64,000 bases of DNA from Chrysomallon squamiferum (GCA_012295275.1 CM022666.1:7316001-7380000), one strand, 5' to 3'. Shown: positions 1 to 15,802, counted from the first letter of the stretch. Numbers and translations are program-made. Notes: generated by a model from the sequence alone, not told the origin.

Positions 1-228
1 AAAAAGAAGAGAAAAGAAGGAAGGAAAGAAGAATGAAAGAACAAGAAAGATAAAATAAGACAGATGAAAACAAAGAAAAAAAATAAGAGAAAAAAAACAA
101 GGTAAAAAAAAAATAAAAGGGAATTAAAGTTTAAGGGGAAAGAAAATGATACAAGAAATATTGTCCCATATATAAATATATATATGTATGTATGTATATG
201 TATGTATGTATATGTATGTATGTAAATG

Positions 229-260
<32 letters not shown>

Positions 261-284
261 TGTATGTATGTATGTATGTATGTA

Positions 285-316
<32 letters not shown>

Positions 317-500
317 CATGTATGTATGTATGTATATGTATGTATATGTATGTATGTATGTGTATGTATGTATGTATGTTTGTATGTGTATGTATCTATG
401 TATGTATGTATGTATGTATGTATGTGTGTGTGTATGTATGTATCTATGTATGTATGTATGTATGCATGTATGTATGTATGAATCTATTTATGTATGAATC

Positions 501-536
<36 letters not shown>

Positions 537-1281
537 TTTATGAGTACGTGTGTACATAGTATTTTCTATATTTACCTGCATATGTATGCCTCTATTTTTC
601 TGTTTATCGTATTTAAAACTTTTTTTCTACTTTTTTCTAGTTTTTTTTTCTTTTTTTTTTTTTTTTCTACTTTTTTTTTCTTTATTTTTTTCCCTCTGTT
701 TTTTTCCTTGTGTTGATAAAGTTTGGATTGTCTGCTGCAGGGTTTGACGTCAAAGGTTGTTAGTAAATGTGTCAGCCAGTAAGTCAGTGTCACAGTATCC
801 ACATAGTGTACTAAACCATCCAGTGAGTCACTAGATACTGACAACTAGTATGTACTTTTAAGCTAGTAGGTAATTGTAAAACGTAAACCGAGTTGTTTGT
901 GCGTGTGTGTGTGTGCGTGTGTGTGTGTGTGTGTGTTTCTGTGAATGTATGTGTTTGTTTATGTGTATGTTTGTGCATGGATGATTTGTGTGTGTATTTG
1001 TGTATGTATATGTGTATCTTTGTATGTGTGGATGTATGTGCATGATTGTATATGTATGTGTGTTTGGGTGCGGATGTATGTGTATGTATATGTTGTGTAT
1101 GTTTGTGTTACGGATGTGTATGTATGTTTGAATATGTATGTGTGTATGTGTGTGTGGATGTATGTGTATGCTTTTATATATATGTGTTTATGTCTGTGGA
1201 TGTATGTGTGTATTTCTATATGTGTATGTGTATGTGTATGTTTTTGGATTTATCTGTGTATGTATCTGTGTATGTATTTGT

Positions 1282-1770
1282 GTATGTATCTGTGTAGGTT
1301 TGTGCGTTTGTGTAGGTTTTTGTGTATGTATCTGTATATGTTCGTGTATGTATCTGTGTAGGTTTGTGTGTTTGTGTAGGTTTTTGTGTATGTATCTGTA
1401 TATGTTCGTGTATGTATCTGTGTAGGTTTGTGTGTTTGTGTAGGTTTTTGTGTATGTATCTGTATATGTTCGTGTATGTATCTGTGTAGGTTTGTGTGTT
1501 TGTGTAGGTTTTTGTGTATGTATCTGTATATGTTCGTGTATGTATCTGTGTAGGTTTGTGTGTTTTGTGTTTGTGTAGGTTTGTGTGTTTGTGTAGGTTT
1601 TTGTGTATGTATCTGTATATGTTTGTGTATGTATCTGTGTAGGTTTGTGGGTTTGTGTAGGTTTGTGTGTTTGTGTAGGTTTGTGTGTTTGTGTATGTTT
1701 TTATGTATGTATCTGTGTATATGTTCGTGTATGTATCTGTGTAGGTTTGTGTGTTTGTGTATGTTTTTGT
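1282..1770. repeat. 64-bp higher-order minisatellite built from GT/TATG microsatellite
   Basis: Unit gtatgtatctgtgtaggtttgtgtgtttgtgtaggtttttgtgtatgtatctgtatatgttcgt repeated at 1282, 1346, 1410 and 1474, then degenerating. Confidence 0.85.
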
Positions 1771-1935
1771 GTATGTATGTATGTATGTATGTATGTATGT
1801 ATGTATGTATGTATGTATGTATGTATGTATGTATGTATGTATGTATGTATGTATGTATGTATGTATGTATGTATGTATGTATGTATGTATGTATGTATGT
1901 ATGTATGTATGTATGTATGTATGTATGTATGTATG
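1771..1935. repeat. (TATG)n microsatellite
   Basis: Perfect tetranucleotide run; representative of dozens of (CT)n, (CA)n, (AAT)n, (ATTT)n and (TATG)n tracts in the window. Confidence 0.95.
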
Positions 1936-2340
1936 ATGTGCGTATGTTTGAATGTTTATTGTTTACACAGATAAGGAAAAGCGGATTTAATTACATATGC
2001 ATACAAATATACACAAATGTGACAGCATAGAAAAATACCCATATCTCTTTCTTTCTCTGTGAGACGGTCTCTCTGTCTGTCTGTCCCTCTCGCTCTCTAT
2101 CTTATCTCTCTCTGCCATTTTCTGTCTGTTTGTCTCTGTCTTTATTTCCTCGCTATCCTTTCCCTTTCAGTCTCTTTCTCTCTTTTTTCCCTCTGTCTCT
2201 CTCTCTGTCTCTCTCTAACCCTCTTTCTCCATCTTTTCTCTCTCTCTGTCTCTTTTCTGTCCTTTCTCTTTCTGTCTCTCTCTGTCTCTCTCTAACCCTT
2301 TCTCTTTCTGTCTCTCTCTGTCTCTCTCTCTCTCTTTCAC

Positions 2341-2405
<65 letters not shown>

Positions 2406-2911
2406 TCTCTCTCGCTTTGTCACTCCTCCTACTGCTTGCTTCTGCTTATCGTTTCTGCACAGCAGTCGTTTTGCGACGTCATTATGCAAATGGTCTGTTA
2501 GTTTCATAATATCTCTTTTTCGGCATCCTTTATTACTTTTTAATGATGTTATTTTTCCTTGTTTTTGTTCTGCAGTTCATGCAAGTCATAAACAAAGTAC
2601 GACGCCATTTCCGCGAGGAATCAGAGCGGAACGAAAACCCGTTACAGTCAGTGCAGTCATACTTAATTTTCCCTTTGATGTTTTGATTCTATTTTTAAGT
2701 GCGTTGTTTTTGTTTTGGCTGTCTGACGGCAATGGGGTTGCTTTAGAATATTTTAGTTCGACTTTTATACATGTATATATATTTTATGAAAGTTTAATAA
2801 CATTTCTGTTTTTAATAAAATGAAAAAGAAAATGTTTGCGTGGGAAGAATGAAAACAATGTTGATGGCGTTTAACGCGATAATAATCAGCTAAAAAAATG
2901 AAATAAAGTTT

Positions 2912-2959
<48 letters not shown>

Positions 2960-4074
2960 TTTGAGTAGAAAGAGATTTTCATTCATTTTTTTTTTCTCTG
3001 ACTTTTTCTCGCTCTTTGCTTGTTTGTTTGTTTGTTTTGTTATTCCATTCCTTGTCTTTTCCATTCTCTCTTCTTCTTCTTCCTCTTTTTTTTTGTTTTT
3101 TCTCTGAGTACTATATTTACTGACCTGGCAGACTCCTGTGCGCTTAGTAGAGAGAGAGAGAAAAAAAAAAGACCCCAGAAGTAAATTAATGAAACACATT
3201 TCAAGCCTGTGGTTCCAAACAACTGTTTCCAGTGCAGCAGTCAAAAAGCAGCACGCGCTCTACCTATCACGTGACCTAGCGGTGTCATTGTTCGTTCAGT
3301 ACTTTTGCCCGATGTCTTGGAATGTACATAATGCCGCGATATTTAGGTCATGCTAGTAAATCAGATGATATACATCAGCTGACGCTAGTCAATATATTTT
3401 TTTTCAACTTACTTTTAGTTGGGGGGGTTTTGGGGGGGGTCTTTTTTTTTTTTTTTTTTTTTCTTTTCTGCTTTATTAATTCATTCGGATTAGGCCACTG
3501 GAACATGACGTTCATTTAACGGGAGTGTAAATTTTTCCGAGGCGGAGTTTGCATACTTAAACAGAACGTCAGCCCGGCCTAGTCATGAATTATTCATGAG
3601 GCAGGTCGTTTCATTGATTAATTGCGTAACGCTTCATGAATATTCAACACCGCTCTTCATCGAGCGCTCGTACGAAACGCGCTCTGTTCTGACAGACGTT
3701 TTTTTCCTGTTGTTTGATACATCGTCAGTCATGGGAGAAGGATAAAACGAAGATTGAGGAACTGAGGTGTTCAAATTTTTTTACGCTAATATAAACAAAA
3801 CAAACAGAAATTTTAATACTTTTGCCAATCAGTGTATTTTTTTTTATATGTATATACACTACGGAGCTAGTTTTCGTTTTCAGTCAGTGATATTGTTGAA
3901 TGTCAGAAGAACGGGAAAGAATTAATGTTTTACGTCGTGTGGTATTTTAAGAAGTACTGAACTAACTCAGAAACAAGCTTGTACACCGCTGTTTATAGCT
4001 GAATTAGATTCTTTGTTTACATTATGATTATTTGGTGTTGCGGACAGATAAAACGACAGAATCTGAAAGGTACG

Positions 4075-4478
4075 TACATCAAGATAATTATATAATAATT
4101 ATATTACATCAAGATAATTATATAATAATTATATTACATCAAGATAATTATATAATAATTATACTATATCAAGATAATTATATAACAATCACATTACATC
4201 AAGATAATTATATAATAATTACACTATATCAAGATAATTATATAATAATTACACTACATCAAGATAATTATATAATAATTATATTACATCACGATAATTA
4301 TATAATAATCATACTACATCAAGATAATTATATAATAATTATACTATATCAAGATAATTATATAATAATTACACTATATCAAGATAATTATATAATAATT
4401 ACACTCTATCAAGATAATTATATAATAATTATATTACATCAAGATAATTATATAATAATCATACTACATCAAGATAAT
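4075..4478. repeat. 30-bp minisatellite, ~13.5 copies (TACATCAAGATAATTATATAATAATTATAT)
   Basis: AAGATAATTA recurs every 30 nt from 4081 to 4471; gives the spurious HQDNYIIIIL ORF. Confidence 0.95.
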
Positions 4479-4610
4479 CTTCACCTTATCTTTGTTTACT
4501 GTTCATTTCTTTCTTCATGTCTCTCACTTTTCTTCATTCACTCTCGCGTTCTCTCACATTTTCTCTTTCATTCATTCTTTCTAGCTCTAGTTATCGTTCT
4601 AATTCTCAAA

Positions 4611-4771
<161 letters not shown>

Positions 4772-6307
4772 TTTATATATCCATATTCTAGAAAAGCAGC
4801 GATTAACCGAAAAATATATCTTCACAATATTTATCTTATCAACTTAAAAATTCTGGTTACAAATATTTTAAAAACATTTCGTCATTAATTAGAATGCAAA
4901 CATACTTTTAATTTTTATTTTTTATTTTTTTTTACAAACACTAGTATAGCACACACACACACAGACACACACACACACACACACATACACACACACACAT
5001 ACACACACACACACACAACACACAAAACACAAAACAGTGTATTATCCCCATATAAGACTTGATATTTTAATTTTAGGGAGAAACAAATAATTACGAAACT
5101 TTTTACCTAAATGTTCTTCTAATATAATTATTTATACTTACTTCCAAAATACACCTTTACATGCGATTTGTCTGTTGAAATATTAAATACACAAAATTAT
5201 AGTAACATACATGTATATTTATGCCAACGTTTTGATCTTCCATCATTATTTAACACCAGAATATCAAAATGTAAATCGGTGTGTAACAGAAAACTGAAAT
5301 AACAGTTACGTTTGATGTTTATTTTTAAACAATTCTGTTTAACTAATTCACTACCAGAACGAATAGTGACATAACTGCGATAGAAAAAAAAAGTAAAGAA
5401 AAAAACTAATCAGTTACAAAAACATATGGCTAAATGTTTTTTGTTTACTGTTTTCTTAGAATACTTAAAGAGGTACGTGAGTGTGTTTATGAGAGTTTAT
5501 GTGTGTGTATATGTGCGTGTGTGTGCGCGAATTGATGCATGTATATATGTGTGTACATATGTATGAACATACGATTTTGTTTGTGTCTTTTTTATGTATG
5601 TAAAATAAATTAATAAGTAATAACAACAACAGTCATGATTAAAATGAAGATGATGATGATAATAATAGTAGTAATAGTAGTAGTAGTAGTAATAAAAACA
5701 ATAATAATAATAGTGGTAATAATCATACTAGTATCATAATAACAACAACAATAATAATAATGTTAATAATAACAACAATAATAACAACAACAACAGCAAC
5801 AATAATAATAACAATAACAATAAAAATAATAATAATAAAAACAACAATAACAATAATAATAATAATAACAACAATAATAATAACAATAACAATAATAATA
5901 ATAATAATAAAAAACAACAATAACAACAATAATAATAACAACAACAATAACAATAATAAAAATAACAACAACAATAACAACAATAACAATAATAATAATA
6001 TGGCAGTTATTCGACAACAAAGCATACAAAACGTGGTACAAGGGAAGTAATTACATCTCGCAGTTGAACCGACTTGATCCCCATTAACATAACTTCCTAA
6101 TACACACACTCGTACAACACACACACATGTCTGTGTTTTTTTACACATAAATGTTTATGATTAGGCAAATATCCGCATCCAGAACATAGGGTAGAGTGAC
6201 TTTACGTGCAGAGGGAAAAAAAACAACAACATAAGAACAATTTAAAAAAAAAAAAAAAAAAATACAGGTCAGGTTACATAAGGACATTCCCATCAACGAC
6301 CTTTAAA

Positions 6308-6415
6308 AGCTGTAGGTCACGGGATCGAATCGGCGCGGTTGACGTATAAGGATATTTCTCGTTCCTCTGAGTAGAGTTCGGTATGGCACTGGTTAACCTG
6401 GTGTGGTGTAAGCTT
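6308..6415 (+). mobile_element. Degenerate SINE head fragment
   Basis: GTAGGTCACGGGATCGAATC (B-box-like) followed by ATATTTCTCGTTCC..ACTGGTTAAC..GTGGT; the ATTTCTCGTTCC motif recurs in reverse at 34008-34019. Confidence 0.4.
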
Positions 6416-6780
6416 GGTCTGGTGTGATGTGGTGCAGTGTCGTGTGGAATAGTAGTACGGCGTGGTATGTTTATTGCACGTCGCGGTATTTAGTAAACCG
6501 TGTAACGTACTGGGCTGTAATGTGGCATGAGATACTACTTAGTGTACGGTGTAATATGAGGTGTATCGTATAGCGTGGTGTTATGTAGCATAATATAACA
6601 TCAGCATTATAAAAAAAATTAAATAGTCTAATATATAAAATAGAATTTTTCTTTCAGAAAATCTAAAAAAAAAAAATTATGTAATATAAGAAGAAAAACA
6701 AGAAGAAGAAAAGATAAAATAAAATAAATAAAGTAAAATAAAATAAAATAAAATAAATAAATAAATAAATAAATAAATTC

Positions 6781-6836
<56 letters not shown>

Positions 6837-7146
6837 GAAAGAAATAAGTAAAGCTAGTGGCAAGTTTCGAACCCGTAAAGACAAGATCCGGTTTCCGAGT
6901 GTTGTGTTCTGTTCTCAGCCAGGAAAACGATACCGCAGGGTGGTAATAGTATCAGCGGTGCAAAATGACATGAAAGACTCGTTCTAATTATATCGCTTGA
7001 ACCAAGGCCAAGTGTGTCAATGTCTCTAACATGGCCGATTTACTCGGATTTGCCAGTTTCGGTACATATCGACAGCAGACAGTGAATATATTTATTTAAG
7101 GCCTGTATACATTGTAGTTTAAACGATTTATAACAGAGGGAAATTA

Positions 7147-7210
<64 letters not shown>

Positions 7211-10200
7211 GTAATAATAATAATAATAATAATAACGACATCGTTTTCAAGAATATTATTTAGTTAATAAAAAACACTATTCGTATTCTGTTAGTAGTAT
7301 CTGTAATTTATTTTATTTCAGAAAATAAATTCATATCGTTTAATTATCAAAAATTACTGTGACATAATTACGTCACGCAGAAGTAGTTTTTAGAAAGTAG
7401 CATGCATGTTTCGAGAAGAGAAAAAAAAAATCGATCAGATCACCTTTTCTTCTCTTTTCCAGCAGTAATGTTCTGACCTTCACGGTGACGCTGCTGTGCA
7501 CGAGTTGTCTACGTCATTTTACGACTTGTGCTACTTTCGTGGCCTCGGGTTTGTTCGGTGCGGTACGGTAAACTAGTTTTGTAACTATGGAAGACGTTAA
7601 GCGGGACGCTTCAAGGTTTCGCCGCTCTCCGGAAAGTGACGAACGTTTTACGAATGTACCACGCAGGGTTTGCGAAACGGTTGTCGGCTAAGTTCGGAAT
7701 ATTCGCGTGTCTTTTCCCGGCGGTTTTATTACCCTATTTATTTCCATCTCTGAGGTTTCTGGAATGTTCGGTAGGTAAAAAAAAGATATTTAATTTTTTT
7801 TTTCCCCTTACTTATAAAGTAAAATAGACGTTTAAGTACGCATTACCAGGACACCGATTAGGCAGTCAACTAAACAATGACGTAGTTATACGTTTTTGTT
7901 TATCTTACCGGTATCGTCGTAATCATCATCATCATCGTCGTCATCATCATTTCGTCCATCCATCCATTATCACATCAGGTGTTAATCATATTTTAATCAT
8001 ATTTTCATCATATAGAAAAGTACTGCGCTGTTCGTTGGACTGACATTTAAATGAACGAACGGATGGATGGAAAGAAGGATGAATGGATGGATGGACGAAT
8101 GGACAAATAGGTGAAAGGAAGTATGACTGGACATATGTGTATGTATGTATGTATGTATGTTTGTGTATATATACGTGTTTGTCTGTGTGCGTGTGTGTGT
8201 GCGTGTGCGTATGTGTGTAAACAAAACAAAGAAGTATATGAAAACTATATACAGAAATACGCATGGACATACTAACTGCTGTGATTGTTATAAATATTAA
8301 AGAGAGAATTGCTGTACTAAGGTTGATAAATGATGGATGCATAACTTTAAACAACATCTCATACATTTCATAATTTACTAGAATATATTTCTTGTTTACT
8401 TTCTTTGTTTTCTTTTTCTTTCGTCTTTCTGTCTTTTTCTGTTTTAACTAATTTTCTTTCTTTCTTCGATTTCATTTTCTTTCTTTCATCTTTCTTTTTC
8501 TGTTTTTTTAAATTTCTTTCTTTCTTTCTCCATTTTCTTTCTTTTTTCTTTCTTATATTCTTTTACTGTTTTCTTTCTTTCATTTTCTCGTTTTCTTTTA
8601 TTCGTCCTTTGTCATATTACTATAACTAATTATTACAGATAAAACTGAGAGAAAGGATTGACTTACTTACATTTTAAACAACATTTAATTAAATCAAATC
8701 AGAAAAATTGTATCTTTACGGGTAATACATTTAGCTGAATCGAATAACATGAATTAAATTCAATTAAATTAATAAAATTAAATCAAATCTATTTGAATAA
8801 ATAAATAAATAAATAATTTACACAAAAATTAATAAAACTAAATAAATAAATAATAAAATAAAAAAAAAAATAATAAAAATATAAAAACAAAATAATAAAA
8901 AAATAATTATTTTATTTATACAAAAATAAATAAAAATAAATAAATAAATAAATACATTACAAGCGAAACACATCAGGAAGATCGAAAATTCATAAATTAA
9001 ATTAATTATTTGTTTTTTTTTTTAAGCCTGTAACAAAACCTGTACATCTTTCACCTTAGATTCACAAACGTTCTCTTATGCAACAACGTGTTTACCTACG
9101 TACGTGCACAGGTATATGTAACAGTTGAATAACCTTGTACAACCATATCGACGAAATCATTGGCGACTATTCTTACTTGCATGCTTCACTGAATATCTAG
9201 AGCATCGACCTGTTTTTCCATGATTAATATATTTCGTTGTCGACCGAAACAGCCGTACACAGATGCGGAGAATACTGTCTTTGTTAATTCCAACCCGTCA
9301 CGAATGCGCACCGGAGTTTATTTTTTTTTTATTTATTTATTTTTTTTTTTTTTGACTGAATGTTGAACTGATGCAAACTGAATTGTCGATAAGAACATTA
9401 GCTTTTGTGAGTGAGTTTAAGAATAACAACAACGACAACAATAACAATATGAGTGGCAGCAGCGTTGATGGTAGTAGTAATAATAAAAATAATAGCAGCA
9501 ACAACATCAACAACTGCATGATTTTCTTGTTCTAAGAAAAATGTGTGCATATTTAATCTAATTAGAATATGAGTGCTTCAGGATGAATTTGGCTCTACGG
9601 CTGAACTTAGATTAGAAACCAACACCTACAATGGATATATAAAAAAGAAAATGTGTTAATTTAAAACTCTTTTTTTTTTTTTTTTGTCCTCTTAATTCTA
9701 TCCAGACAGGAACTCTGTCGTTTACTTCAGGCATGCACTGGTAATCAGAAAACGCCTTTTAAAATTTCAATTAACTCGTTATCAAACACAGCCTAATCCC
9801 TTTTACTGTGCCAGTGAAATAGGATATCCACAGTTTAACGTAGAATAAGGACATCATAATCAAGAACAGGGCTTTTTACAGTCTAAAGGCGTTTTCTGTG
9901 TTAACAAAAATTTCAGTTCAGCTGTTGCACAGCCTTATTTTTCTGTAATGTCTTGCAACAAGGAGCTCGGCAGCTTAACGTAGATCAGGACCTTACAGCC
10001 TAAAGGCACCTATAACAAAATTTCAAGTTAGGTTTTGGACAGCGTTATTTTCTCTCAAATCTTGCCAGAAAGGGACTCGCATACCGCAAGAATAAGGCAG
10101 ACGACAGGTTTCTTTACAGGAAAGTCTCGCTGCCTTAATTTGTTTGTTTGTGATTCCAGTTCGATCGATGGCATATTTCAGTTCTTTGTTTTGTCGAACA

Positions 10201-10240
10201 GGTATCCTTGGCTTACCTTAGTTGTTGCTATAAACACACA

Positions 10241-10273
<33 letters not shown>

Positions 10274-11158
10274 CAGTTCCCCTCAAACTTTCAGCTGAAT
10301 CTTTTTTTTTTTTTTTTTTTTTTTTTTTTCATGTGTTATATTTTTAACGTCTGTCAAATAATCAGATTCCTGTGTAGCGAGGTCACTGACCTGGATAAGC
10401 GCCCTGTCTACGAGTCCACGCACTAGTTACCGCATCAGTAAATCATCTGAAGCCGTACCAAAAGTGCAAGGAGGGGGAGAGAGGAGAGAGGAGGAGGAGG
10501 AGAACACGGGGGGGATGGATGGGTGAGAGTCGAGGCGAAGGAAGAAGGGACGCTATCAGAATAATACATTTCAGGGTGGAAACATTTTTTTTTTTCAAAC
10601 GCTTGTACACAGTGGTGCGCCTTAACGCGTGTTTTTCGTTTGTTCTGTTACAGTTTCCTTTATTAACAGTCAGCTCGGCATAATTTTTCCTCGCCAATAC
10701 AGAGAGAGGCGCGCGCATCCATATCCCATAGAACTGCTTCGTGAAGCGCGTTCTGCTTGGCCACACATTACACTTCACTTCTTTTTTTTTTTTTTCTCTC
10801 CGCTTTTTGCTTGGTTCAGTGGACTGGATCTGGAACGAGCTCTGCGTATAAAAAAAAAATCTAGACTATGCACACTACAGGATATGGTGTAGAGAGAAAA
10901 CCTCGGCAGGCGAGCGTGCAAACTGGATGAAGGCAGTTTTACCTAGTTCGCTCCGCTCGTGGTTAAAAATGAAAAACACTTATAGCGTGTGGTCGATGAT
11001 AAATTCAGATTTATTGGACCGTGGAACAGCAACCGAATAAATAATAATAATAATAATAAAAAAAAAAAATATAGAAATAAAAGTTCTTTCAACGTTTCGA
11101 CGTAACTAAGGCAGACGAATTTTCTGTGATGAAAGATCGTAAAGGTAGGGGCGTTTTT

Positions 11159-11243
<85 letters not shown>

Positions 11244-11268
11244 CTCTAACTCTCTGTTCCATTTTTTC

Positions 11269-11315
<47 letters not shown>

Positions 11316-11316
11316 G

Positions 11317-11355
<39 letters not shown>

Positions 11356-11716
11356 GTCTATCAATCTCTTTTATCTGTCTGTTTATTTTTCGCTCTTTCT
11401 GCCTTAGGCTGTATTTGTCTTTATCTAGAAAATCCTGTTAGTGTCTCTGTGTGTCTTTCTGTCCGTCTGTCTCTCCATCTCCCATTCTCTGTTTTCTTAT
11501 TTGTCCTTTGTTTACCTGCGACAGACAGACAGATATTTGTCTGCGGTTCACGTCATTTGTAGGGCAGAGGTATTTTAATACAGTTACTAGATACGAAATT
11601 CTTTTTATAGGGCAGCATACATATATATATATATATTTCTGCATCAGCAATATTAACAAAATTCGAAATTATTACTAATGCTTAATGAATAAGAACAACA
11701 AGAAAACAATAGCAAC

Positions 11717-11784
<68 letters not shown>

Positions 11785-12238
11785 TAACAATAATAATAAT
11801 AATAATAATAATAATATAATAATAATAATAATGATAATAATACTAATAATAATCATAGCGATAATAATAATAATAATAAAATAAAAACATTAATATCAGT
11901 AACAATACTTAATAACTAAATAAACAAACAAATTACTAAACAAATATATATATATATATGTATGTATGTATGTATGTATGAAAGCTTGATCCTACTGTGC
12001 TGAAAATATACTGTCACGGATGAAAAGTAGGGAGAGACTTAACGGAATATGTGAATATCAAATTAGTTTTATGCTTGACAAAGTCTTCTTTTGACAACCC
12101 ATGATTTAATCTGGTATTCGCCCTTGATAACAACATTAGCAATTCAGCCAACACATGTTGTTACACTGTTAAAACATTCAGTGTACTGTAACATTCACAG
12201 AAACACACACACAGACACACACACACACACATATATAT

Positions 12239-12280
<42 letters not shown>

Positions 12281-12359
12281 ACTTATTCGATTGTTAAATA
12301 TTTATAAAAATAAAACAAAACAAAACTTAATAATAATGATAATGATGATGATGATGATG

Positions 12360-12419
<60 letters not shown>

Positions 12420-12544
12420 TTAAAACAACAAGAAACAAACAAACAATTATAAAATCAGAAAACTGATGAACAAAACTGTTTTGTTTCAATTTTATTAATT
12501 TGGGTCAACTTCTGTGTTTATGTATGTCTGTTTATGTGTATGTG

Positions 12545-12662
<118 letters not shown>

Positions 12663-12994
12663 TAATAAATTAGAGAGAGAGAGAGAGAGAGAGATTTAAA
12701 TATATATATATGTATGTAAATTACTAAAAGAAAACTTAAGTAATATAAGATCTGTTAGGTTCAAAATACCTGTATAATACACAGCTGTCATTTATATCAA
12801 AACGTCTTCAGGTGTTTTTTCTTTTTCTGATTTAATGTGTTAAAAACACTGAGTTTAAGAGTAACATGAAATGAAATTATAACATTTCAGTGCGTACTAG
12901 AAAAAACAGAAACAGCTAACAGTTTTGGAACATTTATAGATAGGTTTTTTTTATTATTAAAATATTATTATCATCATCATTATCATTATTATTA

Positions 12995-13047
<53 letters not shown>

Positions 13048-13677
13048 ATTATTATTATTATTATTACTTTTATTATTATTTATTATGAATTATTATTATT
13101 ATTATTATTATTTATTATGATATAATTATGATTATTATTATTATTTCAGATTTAACTGTTATTTTAAATCTTTCAGTTAACAATTATAAAGGTTGGGTTT
13201 TTTTTATAAAATAATAAACAGCGTAAACATTTCCGTAGATTATTATATAAAAGAAATTTCAAAGTAATAAAAAAGAATTGTAATAATTACTATAATAAAT
13301 AAAGAAATACAGAAATGAGTAAGTAAGTAATAATAATAATAATTAATAATTTTAATTTATTTATTTATTTTATTTATTTATTTATTTAACTTATTTTATT
13401 TTACTAAACAAAAATAAATAAATAAATAAAGATAAAAAAAAAAAGAAAACAAAAAAAAAAAAAAAAAATAAAAAAAAAATAAATTAAAAACTAAATAGCT
13501 ACTACTACTACTACTACTACTAACTACTACTAATAATAATAATAATAATAATTTTTATTTTATTTTGTTTTATTTACTTTTTAACTTATTTTATTTTATT
13601 AAACAAAGTAAACAAATAAATAAGTAAATAAATCAAAATAAAATAAATAAATAAATGAGTAAATAAGTAAGTAAGTA

Positions 13678-13717
<40 letters not shown>

Positions 13718-13778
13718 TAATAGATAACAAAACAAATCAAAACAAAACGAAACAAGAAATAAAATAAAATAAAATAAA

Positions 13779-13827
<49 letters not shown>

Positions 13828-13837
13828 AATAATAATA

Positions 13838-14140
13838 CCGGTTGAAGATCCCTTATTCGAAATATACGCAATCCGAGAAGTTCTAAACTCCGAAATAGTG
13901 GAAGTTGTTATATCTTAGAGTTCGTATTATTCTGCAGACATAAACTTTATACAGTGCTCGAAATTATTTAAAATATTATATTAAAAAATCCTGAAGACTG
14001 TTTTCAATCAGCTCTGTATAAATAGAATTCATATTTACATCCTATCCTCCGACTATCTCTTTATTTTCCAAAATCCAAGAAACTGCGAAATCTGAAACAC
14101 TTCCAGTCACAAACCTTTCATATAAAGAATTCTCAACCAG
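13838..14140. mobile_element. Non-autonomous Tc1/mariner (pogo/Tigger-type) MITE, MER46-like, 303 bp
   Basis: TA on both sides (13836-13837, 14141-14142); imperfect TIRs CCGGTTGAAGATCCCTTATTCGAAA versus reverse complement of the right end CTGGTTGAGAATTCTTTATATGAAA; subterminal AATCCGA/AATCTGAAACACTTCCAGTC motifs recall Tigger4/MER46 termini (from memory, not searched). Confidence 0.75.
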
Positions 14141-14167
14141 TATTATATTTTAATAATAATAATAATA

Positions 14168-14209
<42 letters not shown>

Positions 14210-15711
14210 AATATATTATGCAGTTTTCAAAAATATTTTCCCCTTTCAAGTTTGAATAATTGTCTTATTCTATTTTGTTTATTTATTTATTTATTTTTTA
14301 AATAATTCTGTTTTATTTTGTTAAACAAACAAACAAATAAATACATAAAATACCTGAGCTTATTTAGTATAATAGGCATTACTAAGAATGAATACATCTA
14401 AATTAATATTTATTCCTGGAAAAAGAAGAAAAAGAAACAATGATTAAAATAATAATAATATTTATTTCATCACTTCTCTCTCTTTTCTGTCTGTCTGTCT
14501 GTCTGTCTGTGTCACTGTCGTTTTTACTGAACAAAAAAATGAAATGAAGATTTAATAAATATATTATTACTTAGCCTCGGGGGGGGTATAAAACTATAAC
14601 TTCACCTGGAACAAGTAATTATTACATGAAAACACGAAACAGTTTTAGAATTAATATTTGTATCCGCTGAATGGGTCACGTTTGATTTTTTAACATAACA
14701 ACTTACATGTGAAAGAGATTCTAAAACGTGACATTGTATGTATTTATACACACACACACATAAACACACACACAAACACAAACACACACACACATACACA
14801 CAAACACACACACACACACATAAACACACAGACACAGATAAACAGATAAACAGATATTATATATGTAGGCATTTGCATAATATTTACATACACTGTCCTT
14901 GAAAACACGTACATTTATTGGTATAAATAAATATATTTATTTCTAAATAATTATGTGTGTGTGTGTGTGTGTGTTCATGTGCATGTGTGTGTATGCAAGT
15001 GTGTGCATGTGTTATACCTTTACTTAGACAATATTTTATTTATATAAATTGAAACTTTTTGTATCCAATACGGTTGTTTGTTTTATTTTTTTTTTTTCTG
15101 TAAATAATATGTATAACTGGACTACGTTACATGTATTTTGTCTTTATTCTCCTCTTTCTTCTCTATAAGAAACACGTATACTGAATCTAAATAATACGTA
15201 TTTTTATTTTAACTAACACGTATTTTATCTTCAAAAACAGACTTTATGTGTCTTTGCCTCAGTAGACGCAAAAATTTAAACTGTACACAACTACACTAAT
15301 TTGTCTGTACGGATATACGTAACTTGTCTGTTCAAATTTACATATTTTCTGTCTGTAGATTTATTAACGTTGTCTTCAAAGACAATCGTATTTTGTCGTT
15401 TCTGTAGACATCGTTCTTTATTCTTTACAGATGTCGGGTTTATCCTAGCGTTTACAAATCTATAATCAGCAGTCTTTTTTCGTATTGTTCAATAATGTTA
15501 ATTCTTTAAATGAAGACGCTACGCTAGGAATAATAAAAAAGAACAAACAAAAAAAAAAAAAAAAAAAAAAACAATATTTGTCAAACAATTGTCGACGGTA
15601 GAGAAATTAATCAATATACACCAGCAATTTCTTACATAAAATTAACTTTAAACGTTATTAATAGCGCCTGTTTTCGTAATGTTTTTGTGTGTATGTGCAT
15701 ATGTATGTATG

Positions 15712-15802
<91 letters not shown>

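Noticed and set aside
741-778. 38-nt candidate exon (CAG|..|GTAAGT; GLTSKVVSKCVS)
   Set aside because: Splice signals are plausible, but there is no recognisable protein or confirmed partner exon in the window.
131-2501. Many MYVC/HTYI/SLSL/RERE ORFs here and throughout the window
   Set aside because: Translations of microsatellites.
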